Shown here in pieces: positions 53,923 through 62,636 of a stretch of 64,000 nucleotides of DNA (positions within the stretch are counted from its first letter, which is position 1; every line of letters begins with the position of its first letter). The translations under genes and the position numbers were made by a program. Location: NCBI GenBank assembly GCA_965216755.1, contig CBDCGL010000011.1, positions 3,392,001-3,456,000 on the forward strand, written 5' to 3'. Origin of the DNA: Alphaproteobacteria bacterium (lineage in GTDB: Bacteria; Pseudomonadota; Alphaproteobacteria; UBA7887). The notes beneath the pieces are model-generated. The model saw only the letters and a list, made by a program, of their open reading frames with translations. It was not told where the DNA came from and did not search any database.

Positions 53923-54831
53923 TTATTGGGCACGGCCACTGCCGTCGTCGCCCGCGGCAATTGCCGCTAGCCCTTCTCGGTAGCTGGGATAGATCAAATC
54001 GGTGATCAGCTCACCATGCATGCGCTGATTGTCAATGCGGCGGTCGTCGGCCCAAAATTCCCGCGCCATCGGCGACATCTCGGCATAGGCGTCGGCAAAC
54101 GGGATCAGCGGTGGCGGCGTCACCCCGAGCAGATCGCATGCCTGCGCGATCACGTCGGCTGACGGCGCGGGATGATCGTCGCAGATGTTGTAAATTCGGC
54201 CCGGGCACGGATGGGTCATCGATGCGATGACGGCGCGCGCCACGTCGGCGACATGAATGCGCGAAAAACAATGTCCGGGTTTGTCGAGCCGCCGGGCGCG
54301 ACCGGCGCGGACTTGGTCGATAGCGCTGCGCCCCAAGCCGTAAATCCCGGCCAAGCGAAAAATGTGCACGGGCAAACCGTGATCGTGCCACAGATCCAGC
54401 CAGGCTTGTTCGGCGGCGGCACGTCGTGTGCCGCGCGCGCTGCTTGGCGCAATGGTGGCGGTCTCGTTAACCAAGGCGCCGCCGCGATCGCCATAGACAC
54501 TGGTCGCCGACACATAACCGACCCAGGTCAATGCCGGCGCCCGCATGATCGCGTCGCGATGCGCGCGCAGCACCCGATCGCCGTCGGTGCCGGGCGGTAT
54601 GGTCACCAATAGCGACTCGACATCTTCGAGCCGTCGGTCAATGTCGGCGACCGGGTGATCGTCGCGGAATTCACAAACGCGCAACCCGGCGACCGGCGTC
54701 AAACGCTGTTGTGCGGCGACGTCCGCGCGGTCGCGCACCGTACCCGCCACGTGGCCACCGCGTGCGGCAACAACACGCGCCACAAATGCCCCGGTAAAGC
54801 CGAGACCGAAACAAAACAGATTGGCGGTCAT
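53923..54831 (-). CDS. Atypical SDR / NAD-dependent epimerase
   Basis: FGLGFTG, SVYGD..G..V.E, RLAGIYG, FSRIHV.D, YPSYREGL. Confidence 0.9.
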   Translation of the reverse strand: MTANLFCFGLGFTGAFVARVVAARGGHVAGTVRDRADVAAQQRLTPVAGLRVCEFRDDHPVADIDRRLEDVESLLVTIPPGTDGDRVLRAHRDAIMRAPALTWVGYVSATSVYGDRGGALVNETATIAPSSARGTRRAAAEQAWLDLWHDHGLPVHIFRLAGIYGLGRSAIDQVRAGRARRLDKPGHCFSRIHVADVARAVIASMTHPCPGRIYNICDDHPAPSADVIAQACDLLGVTPPPLIPFADAYAEMSPMAREFWADDRRIDNQRMHGELITDLIYPSYREGLAAIAAGDDGSGRAQ

Positions 54832-54924
54832 GGCAGAGATCGCGCTTGCCATTGTTGCCGTGGCAGGCGATTGTGGTCGGGTTCCGGAGTGATCGGGATG
54901 GGGGGATTTGTCGCTGTCTTGAAC

Positions 54925-55701
54925 ATGATTGCCTGGGCACGAAGCTGGGGGTTCGTCATGGGGGGCGTGGCGGGCCTGTGCGGCGCCGTGTTATGGGGCA
55001 CGTATGCGGCGCATGCCGCTCCCCCCACCTATGATGATTGTGCCGCCCTGGTCAAGTCCGATCCCGAGGCGGCGCTCGCGCAAGCGGTTGTTTGGGCTGA
55101 AAAGGGCGGCGGCGGCGCGGCGCGCCACTGTCGCGGAATTGCACAGACGGCATTGGGACAGTTCGACGCCGCGGCGGAAATATTCGCGGCATTGGCAGAC
55201 GACTTGGAGGAAACCGCGCCGGCGGTCGCGGCGCGGCTCCATGCGCAAGCCGGAGATGCCTGGTTGCGCGCCGACAATGTCGCTGCCGCGTTGACGGCCC
55301 TCGACAAAGCCATCGATCAGGGTCCCGACGATTGGGGACCCTTGGTCAACCGTGCGCGCGCTCATGCCGAGGCAGATAACTATGTGGCGGCGCTGGATGA
55401 TCTCAACCGGGCGGTCAAATTGGCGCCGCTGCGCGACGATGTTTATGTGTTACGGGCGGCGGCGCATCGTCATGTTGGTTCCTTCGACCTGGCGGCGAAA
55501 GATCTGATGCTGGCTTTGCGGCTCAACCCACGCAATCCTGATGCCTTGGTCGAATTGGGGGCGGTCCGCCTGGCCCATGACGATGTCGCGGCCGCCAAAG
55601 ATGCCTTTGGGACGGCGATCTTGGTTGCTCCCGATGCGCCGGCCGCCTGGCTGGCACGCGAGTTTCTGGCCGCGTTGCGTCAAGACCACTCGTCTCGGTA
55701 A
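54925..55701 (+). CDS. TPR-repeat protein
   Basis: W...GGG..ARHC motif followed by TPR units (AL.DL.RA..L.P); start uncertain. Confidence 0.82.
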   Translation: MIAWARSWGFVMGGVAGLCGAVLWGTYAAHAAPPTYDDCAALVKSDPEAALAQAVVWAEKGGGGAARHCRGIAQTALGQFDAAAEIFAALADDLEETAPAVAARLHAQAGDAWLRADNVAAALTALDKAIDQGPDDWGPLVNRARAHAEADNYVAALDDLNRAVKLAPLRDDVYVLRAAAHRHVGSFDLAAKDLMLALRLNPRNPDALVELGAVRLAHDDVAAAKDAFGTAILVAPDAPAAWLAREFLAALRQDHSSR

Positions 55702-55709
55702 GGGCGCGA

Positions 55710-56837
55710 TCAGGCGCCGCCGCCCGCCCATTCGGCGCGCACATTGGGGTCGTGCTCGGTGACCAACGCCTCGACCGCAAGCGCGGCCACGGTGGCTTTG
55801 GGCAAGAGCCGGCCCACAGCCCACACGGCAGCCACACGCACCAGTGGCGCGGGGTCGTGCAAATGTGGCCGCGCGGCAGCCGCCAATTTCGGCGTCCCGC
55901 TATTGCCGATCGCGATCAGGACATTGCGGATGAAGCGGTCGCGGCCGATGCGCTTGATCGGCGATCCGGCGAAAAAATTGCGAAAAGCAGCGTCGTCCAG
56001 GCCGGCCAGGTCAGACAGCATGGGCGCGCGCATTTCGGCCCGCGCCACCAGTTTGGCATCGGTCGCGGCGGCGGCGAATTTATTCCATGGACAGACCGCC
56101 AGGCAATCATCGCAGCCATAAATTCGGTTGCCGATCAACGGTCGCAAGGGCCGTGGAATGTGACCCTTATGCTCAATGGTCAAATAGGAAATACAGCGCC
56201 GGGCATCGATTTCATGGGGGGCGGTGAAGGCCTCGGTCGGACAGATGTCCAGGCAGCGCGTGCATGTCCCGCAATGTTCGCCATGATCGCCGGCGTCGTT
56301 TGCGCCAAGGGGCAGCGTGGTCAGAATTTCGCCCAGAAACAGCCACGACCCATACGCCTTGGACACAAGATTGGTGTGTTTGCCCTGCCAGCCGATCCCG
56401 GCGGCCTGGGCCAGCGGTTTCTCCATCACCGGGGCGGTGTCGACAAACACTTTGACGTCGCAATCGAACTGCCGGTGCATCCAGCCGGCCAGCTGCTTGA
56501 GGCGGCCTTTGACCACATCGTGATAGTCGCGATGTCGCCCATAAACAGAGATCGCGGCCCGGTCCGTCCGTGCCAGAATCGCCAGCGGCTCGTCGTCGGG
56601 TCCGTAATTCACGCCGACGACAACGGCAGCCCGCGCGTCGGGCCACAGGCGTTGCGGATGGGCGCGCCGCGCCGCTGTGGCCGCCAGCCACGCCATGTCA
56701 CCGTGACGTCCATCGGCAACGAAAGCCGACAATGCCGCACGGCCATCCGGCACGGCGGCAATGTCGCAGAATGCGATGGCATCAAATCCCAGAGTCCGCG
56801 CGCGGGCGCGAATCAAACTGCGCGGGTCGTGGCTCAT
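55710..56837 (-). CDS. queG: Epoxyqueuosine reductase
   Basis: VDTAPVMEK, GWQGKH, CGTCTRCLDICPT, YGCDDCLAVCPWN. Confidence 0.96.
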   Translation of the reverse strand: MSHDPRSLIRARARTLGFDAIAFCDIAAVPDGRAALSAFVADGRHGDMAWLAATAARRAHPQRLWPDARAAVVVGVNYGPDDEPLAILARTDRAAISVYGRHRDYHDVVKGRLKQLAGWMHRQFDCDVKVFVDTAPVMEKPLAQAAGIGWQGKHTNLVSKAYGSWLFLGEILTTLPLGANDAGDHGEHCGTCTRCLDICPTEAFTAPHEIDARRCISYLTIEHKGHIPRPLRPLIGNRIYGCDDCLAVCPWNKFAAAATDAKLVARAEMRAPMLSDLAGLDDAAFRNFFAGSPIKRIGRDRFIRNVLIAIGNSGTPKLAAAARPHLHDPAPLVRVAAVWAVGRLLPKATVAALAVEALVTEHDPNVRAEWAGGGA

Positions 56838-56867
56838 CGACCGAACGCCGGCGCGGCGTGGTCCGTA

Positions 56868-57536
56868 TCAGAAATCCAAATCCACATAATGATGCGGGGG
56901 CGGCATCCCGGCGACGCGATCTTCCAGCAAGGGGCGGAAACTGGGCCGCGATTTCAACCGGCCGTACCAAATCCTGGCTTCACGATAGTCGTCCCAGGGC
57001 ACGTCGCCCAAATAGTCGAGAACCGAGAAGTGTGCGGCCGCGGCGAGATCGGCGTAGGAGAGATTGTCGCCCGCCAACCAGCGGCGACGTTCCGACAGGT
57101 AACAGACATAGTCCAGATGATAGCGAACGTTGCTGCGCGCCGCGCGAATGCGGTCGGTGTCGGGCACGCCGGCCGCCAGATAGCGTTTCATGATTTTCTC
57201 ATGGACCAACACATCGGTGGCTTCGGCCGACAGTTTGACGTGAAACCACGCCGCCAGGCGCCGCACCTCGGCGCGCGTTGCGGGATCCAAACCGATCAGG
57301 GCCGGGTCCGGACAGATGTCTTCCAAATACTCGATGATCACCGTGCCCCCGCAAACCGCGGCGCCATCGGGCTCCACCAACACGGGCACGTCGCAGGCCG
57401 GATTGAGTTGCAGAAACGGTTCGCGTCGTTCCCACACTTTTTCTAGCCGAAGCTCGAATTCAAGGCCCTTTTCAGTCAAGGCCAAGCGCGCTGTGCGTGC
57501 ATCCGACGACAGCGGTAAGTGATACAAAGTCCGCAT
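56868..57536 (-). CDS. fzlA: GST-like FtsZ-binding protein FzlA
   Basis: GST fold with RAEVRRL..WF, DYLGDVPW, LKSRPSFRPLL.DR and the HY.DLDF C-terminus of Caulobacter FzlA; adjacent to queG. Confidence 0.85.
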   Translation of the reverse strand: MRTLYHLPLSSDARTARLALTEKGLEFELRLEKVWERREPFLQLNPACDVPVLVEPDGAAVCGGTVIIEYLEDICPDPALIGLDPATRAEVRRLAAWFHVKLSAEATDVLVHEKIMKRYLAAGVPDTDRIRAARSNVRYHLDYVCYLSERRRWLAGDNLSYADLAAAAHFSVLDYLGDVPWDDYREARIWYGRLKSRPSFRPLLEDRVAGMPPPHHYVDLDF

Positions 57537-57640
57537 CGCCGCAGTCTAGAGCAGGGTCCGACAATAATGAACCATTCTGCCGGCGCGATTTGCGTTAAAG
57601 CCGAGCGGCCCGGCGGGTTCACGACCGGCGGGCACCCGCG

Positions 57641-57715
57641 ATGGGATTTCGTGTGGATGGCCACAATGGGATTTCATGTGGATGGCCACAATGGGATTTC
57701 ATGTGGATGGCCACA
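57641..57715. repeat. Tandem repeat, 3 x 25 bp
   Basis: ATGGGATTTCRTGTGGATGGCCACA at 57641, 57666 and 57691 (one G/A difference). Confidence 0.95.
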
Positions 57716-57795
57716 TTGTCGGGCGTTGCCCCAAGCCCGGAACCGACGGGAAATCGAAAAGAAATCGGGCAGCACTGTTGGGCCGGCGCGTGTGC

Positions 57796-57830
57796 AAAAA
57801 AAAGCCACGCCGGGCGAACCGTACGTGGCT
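57796..57830 (-). terminator. Intrinsic terminator
   Basis: Minus strand AGCCACG...CGTGGCT stem followed by a T8 run. Confidence 0.8.
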
Positions 57831-57935
57831 GTGTCTTAAGGGACAGGTCGGTGGGCGATGGCCGACACCACGGTGGGGGAGGGGGAGGGCGATGGTGCCG
57901 GCCGAACAAAAAAAAGAGCTAAGCGCGTGTCCTTG
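57796..57935 (-). ncRNA. Candidate small RNA with a C-rich anti-SD loop
   Basis: 11-bp stem (57860-57870 / 57893-57903) enclosing CCCUCCCCCUCCCCCA, then the terminator; no credible ORF. 5' end is a guess. Confidence 0.45.
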
Positions 57936-57984
57936 CGATGATTGATCCAATGTCTGCAGCCTATCGATGGCACGCCGATGCAGC

Positions 57985-58000
57985 TGTGAATCGCTTCACA
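57985..58000. promoter_or_regulatory. CRP-family binding site
   Basis: Perfect TGTGA-N6-TCACA (TGTGAATCGCTTCACA). Confidence 0.55.
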
Positions 58001-58038
58001 GTTCTGATCACGAATGCGTGAATAGCAGCATCGCCCGG

Positions 58039-61000
58039 TCAGGCGCTGGCGGTGGCGCGGCTTGCAGGTGCCAATGGGTGCTCCAAGCGATCGACCATTT
58101 CCAGCGGACATACCTGCCAAAACTTGGTCAGCGCGCGGTCCCAATCGTTGAGCATCACCTCGGCAAAATAGGAGCCGGTTTGTGCAACATGGTCGACAAC
58201 CATTTCTTTCAGCACATTTTCCCAATGCGGACTGGCGATGCGCTGATACACCACCGAGGCGGCGTTGACTCGGCCCGCAAAGCTTTCGTCGGCGTCAAAT
58301 ACAAATGCCATGCCGCCCGTCATGCCGGCGGCGAAATTGGTGCCAACTGGTCCCAAGATCGTCACGGTGCCGCCCGTCATATACTCGCAGCCATGGGCAC
58401 CGCAGCCTTCCACGACGGCAATCGCACCGGAATTCCGCACGGCAAATCGCTCACCGGCTTGGCCAGCGGCATAGAGGCGGCCGCTGATTGCGCCATATAG
58501 CACAGTGTTGCCGATGATGGTGTTTTCGTTGGAAATCAGCGGGCTGGCGGTGGTTGGCCGGACCACGATAACACCACCGGATAGACCCTTGCCGACGTAA
58601 TCGTTGGCGTCGCCAAACACCTCAAGCTTGAGGCCCTGCACTGCCCAAGCGCCAAGTGACTGGCCCGCCGATCCGCGCAACCGCACCGTGATGTGGCCCG
58701 GCTGCAATTTGTTCATGCCAAACCGACGCGTGATCTTTGACGACATCTTGGTGCCGATCGCGCGTTGGGTGTTCTGCACATTGTAGGCAAGCTGCATTTT
58801 TTCGCCGTCTTGGAACAGGGCGCGGGCATCCTTGATCATCTGCGCATCCAGGGTTTCCGGCACTTCATTGCGGCCTTCGAGCGCGAACACGCGGCCGAAC
58901 TCACCCGGATCGGCCTGTGTCAGAATCGGGTTCAGGTCGAGATCATCCAAATGCGCCGCGCCCCGGCTGACCTGATGCAACAGATCCGTGCGGCCAATCA
59001 CCTCGTCAAGAGAACGGGCGCCGATTGCCGACAGGATCTCGCGCACTTCCTCGGCGATGAAGCTAAACAGGTTGACCACCTTTTCCGGCGAGCCGACGAA
59101 CTTCTCGCGCAGCCGCGGGTTCTGGGTGCAAATGCCGACCGGGCAGGTATTGGAGTGGCATTGACGCACGATAATGCAGCCCATGGCGATAAGCGCCGCG
59201 GTGCCGATACCGTATTCGTCGGCGCCCAACATGGCCGCCATCACGACATCGCGTCCGGTCTTGAGACCGCCGTCAACCCGCAGCGCCACCCGATGACGCA
59301 GGCGATTCAAGGTCAGCACTTGGTTGACCTCGGCCAAACCGATTTCCCACGGCATGCCGGCATATTTGATACTGCTTTGTGGGCTGGCGCCGGTGCCACC
59401 GGAATGGCCGGAAATCAAAATGACATCGGCGTTGGCCTTGGCAACACCGGCGGCGATGGTGCCGATACCGGTGCGCGCCACCAGCTTGACGCACACCTTG
59501 GCGTCCGGATTGATTTGCTTCAGGTCGTAGATCAGCTGCGCCAAATCCTCGATCGAATAGATGTCGTGGTGTGGCGGCGGCGATATCAGCGTTACGCCGG
59601 GCGTCGAATGGCGCAGCCGGGCGATTTCGGCGGTCACTTTGTGGCCCGGCAACTGACCGCCCTCGCCTGGCTTGGCGCCCTGCGCCATCTTGATTTCGAT
59701 TTCTCGGCAGTTGTTCAAATATTCGGCGGTGACGCCAAAGCGACCGCTGGCAATTTGCTTGATCGCGCTGCAGGCATTGTCGCCGTTGGCATAGGGTTGA
59801 TAACGCTCAGGCCCCTCGCCGCCTTCGCCCGAATCCGATTTGGCACCGATCCGGTTCATGGCGATACTCAGGGTTTCATGGGCCTCCGGGCTCAGCGCGC
59901 CGAGCGAAATGCCGGGCGCGACCAAACGACGTCGAATATTGGTAATCGATTCGATGTCCTCAATCGGAATCGCGTCACCAGCTGACCGAAAGTCGAGCAA
60001 ATCACGGATATGAATCGGCGCTTGCTTATGCACGCCGTCGCTGAATTTACGAAACGTGGCAAACGAATCGGTGGCGACCGCGTGTTGCATCATATGCACG
60101 AGGGCGCCGCTGAAGGCGTGCGCTTCGCCACCCCGGCGAAAACGATAGATGCCGCCGACCGGCAATGTGATGATCGTCTCGTCAAAGGCGCGTTGATGCT
60201 GGCGGCAGACGGTTCGCTGCAAGCCGCCGATGCCAATGCCGGAAATGCGCGACGGCATGCCGGGAAAGAACTGGGCGACCAAAGTCCGCGATAAGCCCAA
60301 AGCCTCGAAATTATAGCCACCGCGGTAAGAGCTCAGTACCGATATGCCCATTTTCGACATGATCTTAAGCAAGCCCTGATCGACCGCGCTCTTGTAGCGC
60401 GCGATGGCTTCCGCCAGGGTCATCGTGCCAAACAGGCCGCGCCGATGGCGATCGGCGATGGTGTCCTGGGCCAAATAGGCGTTGACCGTGGTCGCGCCAA
60501 CCCCGATCAAAACGGCAAAATAATGCACGTCTAAGCATTCGCCGCTGCGTACATTGATCGACGTGAATGTGCGCAAGTCGTGGCGGACCAGATGCGAATG
60601 GACGCCGCCGGTGGCTAGGATCATCGGGATCGGTGCGCGCGTCGGGCCGACATTCTTGTCAGAAAGAACGAGATGTTCGCAGCCGCCGCGCACGGCCAGT
60701 TCGACTTCCTGCTGAATGCGGGCGATGGCCGTCGCCATGGCGTTGTCGCCGTCTTCGATGGAGAACGTGCAATCGATGTCTTGCGCCTTGCGCCCCATGC
60801 CTTTGCGCATGGCCGCGAAAGCGCCGTTCGACAACATCGGCGATTCCAGCTGCAGCAGGCGGGTTTGATCGCCTGATTGCGCCAGGATGTCGCCCAGATT
60901 GCCGAGCCGGGTTGTCAGCGTCATGACGCGCCGTTCGCGCAGCGAGTCGATGGGCGGATTGGTGACTTGGCTAAAGTTCTGGCGGAAAAAATGATGCAGA

Positions 61001-62586
61001 CCACGATAGTGCTGCGACAACACAGCCGGTGGTGTGTCATCACCCATGGATCCGGTCGGTTCTTTTTCATCCTCGACCATCGGCTGCAAGATCAGTTCAA
61101 GATCTTCCATGCTCCAGCCGAACAAATTCTGGCGCTGGCGCAAATCATCGCTGGCCAGCTCAGGCGTCTCGCCCGCGCCATCATGAATGTGCGAATCCAA
61201 ATGCGTGATGTTCTTGACCCAATCCCCATACGGTCGGGACGCGGCGACCAAGTCCTTGAGATCGCGGTCGTGGTAGAGTTTACCTTCACGCAGGTCGACG
61301 GCGATCATCTTGCCCGGACCGAGCCGGCCTTTTTCAACGATCTCGCTTTCGCGCGCCGGCACCATGCCGGTTTCCGAACCGACGATCAGCAGGCCGTCAT
61401 TGGTGACCAGATAGCGCATCGGGCGCAAACCATTGCGGTCCATGCCGCCGACAATCCAATTGCCGTCGGTTGCGGCGACCGCCGCCGGGCCGTCCCACGG
61501 TTCCATCACGCAATGGCTGTAGCTGAACAACGCCCTATGGGCCGGATCGACCGAACTGTCGTCTTCCCAGGCCTCCGGAATCATCATGATCTGGACTTCG
61601 GGTGCGATGCGGCCGCCGCGAACCAGCACTTCGTAGACCGCATCCAACGCGGCCGAATCAGAGCTACCGTCCGGGATCACCGGTTTGACATCGTCAACAT
61701 GATCGCCGAACGCGCCTGGTCCCATGCGCGTTTCGTGGCATTTCATCCAATTGGAGTTACCCAGCAAAGTGTTGATTTCACCATTGTGGGCCAGCATCCG
61801 GAACGGTTGCGCCAGGCGCCAGGTCGGGAACGTGTTAGTCGAATAACGCTGGTGGAATATGGCGAAGTTCGAGACGAAGCGTGAATCCAATAAGTCCGGA
61901 TAGAAATTGTCGACCTGTTCGGCAAGGAACATGCCCTTGTAGATGATCGATCGGCAGCTCAGCGAGCAGATGTAAAACTCGGTGATATGCGCGGCGAGGA
62001 CGTTCCTTTCGATTCGCCGGCGAATAAGATACAGATCGAGCTCGAACTGATCGTCATCAACACCGCCGTCATTGGCGATCATGATTTGCTCGATTTCCGG
62101 CCGGGTGGCATTGGCTTTTTCACCGATCACGGCGGTGTTGACCGGCACTTGGCGCCAGCCGTAAATCGAATAGCCGCAGTTCAGGATCTCGGTCTCGACG
62201 ATCACGCGGCAAGTTTCCTGGGCCGCCAAATCCGTGCGCGGTAGAAACACCATGCCGACGGCAATGCGCGAATCGCGCGGTTCGTGGCCCGTGTTGACGA
62301 CGTGCTCTTTGAAAAAATCTTGTGGGATCTGGACGTGGATCCCGGCGCCATCGCCGGTCTTACCGTCGGCGTCAACCGCGCCGCGATGCCAAACAGCTTT
62401 CAACGCCTTGATGCCCGCGTCGACAACCGCGCGCTGGGGCGTACCGTCGATCGCGGCGATGAAGCCGACGCCGCACGCCGCACGCTCGTCGGCGGCGCGA
62501 TAGAGGCCCTTGGCAGCCAAACGATCACGCTCGGCCTGCCATGCGTGGACAGATCGATTGTCCCAAGACTTATTCCGTGCGGTCAT
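58039..62586 (-). CDS. gltB: Glutamate synthase large subunit
   Basis: ACGVGF (N-terminal Cys after processing), HQRYSTNT, QGAKPGEGGQLPG, C..RQCHSNTCP. Confidence 0.97.
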   Translation of the reverse strand: MTARNKSWDNRSVHAWQAERDRLAAKGLYRAADERAACGVGFIAAIDGTPQRAVVDAGIKALKAVWHRGAVDADGKTGDGAGIHVQIPQDFFKEHVVNTGHEPRDSRIAVGMVFLPRTDLAAQETCRVIVETEILNCGYSIYGWRQVPVNTAVIGEKANATRPEIEQIMIANDGGVDDDQFELDLYLIRRRIERNVLAAHITEFYICSLSCRSIIYKGMFLAEQVDNFYPDLLDSRFVSNFAIFHQRYSTNTFPTWRLAQPFRMLAHNGEINTLLGNSNWMKCHETRMGPGAFGDHVDDVKPVIPDGSSDSAALDAVYEVLVRGGRIAPEVQIMMIPEAWEDDSSVDPAHRALFSYSHCVMEPWDGPAAVAATDGNWIVGGMDRNGLRPMRYLVTNDGLLIVGSETGMVPARESEIVEKGRLGPGKMIAVDLREGKLYHDRDLKDLVAASRPYGDWVKNITHLDSHIHDGAGETPELASDDLRQRQNLFGWSMEDLELILQPMVEDEKEPTGSMGDDTPPAVLSQHYRGLHHFFRQNFSQVTNPPIDSLRERRVMTLTTRLGNLGDILAQSGDQTRLLQLESPMLSNGAFAAMRKGMGRKAQDIDCTFSIEDGDNAMATAIARIQQEVELAVRGGCEHLVLSDKNVGPTRAPIPMILATGGVHSHLVRHDLRTFTSINVRSGECLDVHYFAVLIGVGATTVNAYLAQDTIADRHRRGLFGTMTLAEAIARYKSAVDQGLLKIMSKMGISVLSSYRGGYNFEALGLSRTLVAQFFPGMPSRISGIGIGGLQRTVCRQHQRAFDETIITLPVGGIYRFRRGGEAHAFSGALVHMMQHAVATDSFATFRKFSDGVHKQAPIHIRDLLDFRSAGDAIPIEDIESITNIRRRLVAPGISLGALSPEAHETLSIAMNRIGAKSDSGEGGEGPERYQPYANGDNACSAIKQIASGRFGVTAEYLNNCREIEIKMAQGAKPGEGGQLPGHKVTAEIARLRHSTPGVTLISPPPHHDIYSIEDLAQLIYDLKQINPDAKVCVKLVARTGIGTIAAGVAKANADVILISGHSGGTGASPQSSIKYAGMPWEIGLAEVNQVLTLNRLRHRVALRVDGGLKTGRDVVMAAMLGADEYGIGTAALIAMGCIIVRQCHSNTCPVGICTQNPRLREKFVGSPEKVVNLFSFIAEEVREILSAIGARSLDEVIGRTDLLHQVSRGAAHLDDLDLNPILTQADPGEFGRVFALEGRNEVPETLDAQMIKDARALFQDGEKMQLAYNVQNTQRAIGTKMSSKITRRFGMNKLQPGHITVRLRGSAGQSLGAWAVQGLKLEVFGDANDYVGKGLSGGVIVVRPTTASPLISNENTIIGNTVLYGAISGRLYAAGQAGERFAVRNSGAIAVVEGCGAHGCEYMTGGTVTILGPVGTNFAAGMTGGMAFVFDADESFAGRVNAASVVYQRIASPHWENVLKEMVVDHVAQTGSYFAEVMLNDWDRALTKFWQVCPLEMVDRLEHPLAPASRATASA

Positions 62587-62636
62587 TTTGCCTGTTTCCT
62601 TGCCCAAGCCGATGGTTTGCACATCTGGTGGCAAAC

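Noticed and set aside
55752-57446. Long antisense ORFs (564 aa here; also 20760-22112, 29167-30192, 58765-59985)
   Set aside because: Shadow ORFs opposite well-supported genes, expected in GC-rich DNA.
57641-57715. Possible mini-CRISPR array
   Set aside because: The units are contiguous with no unique spacers, and there are no cas genes in the window; it is a tandem repeat.
57968-57982. Sigma54-like TGGCAC...TGCA
   Set aside because: GG-to-GC spacing is 9 nt rather than the required 10, and it would point antisense into gltB.
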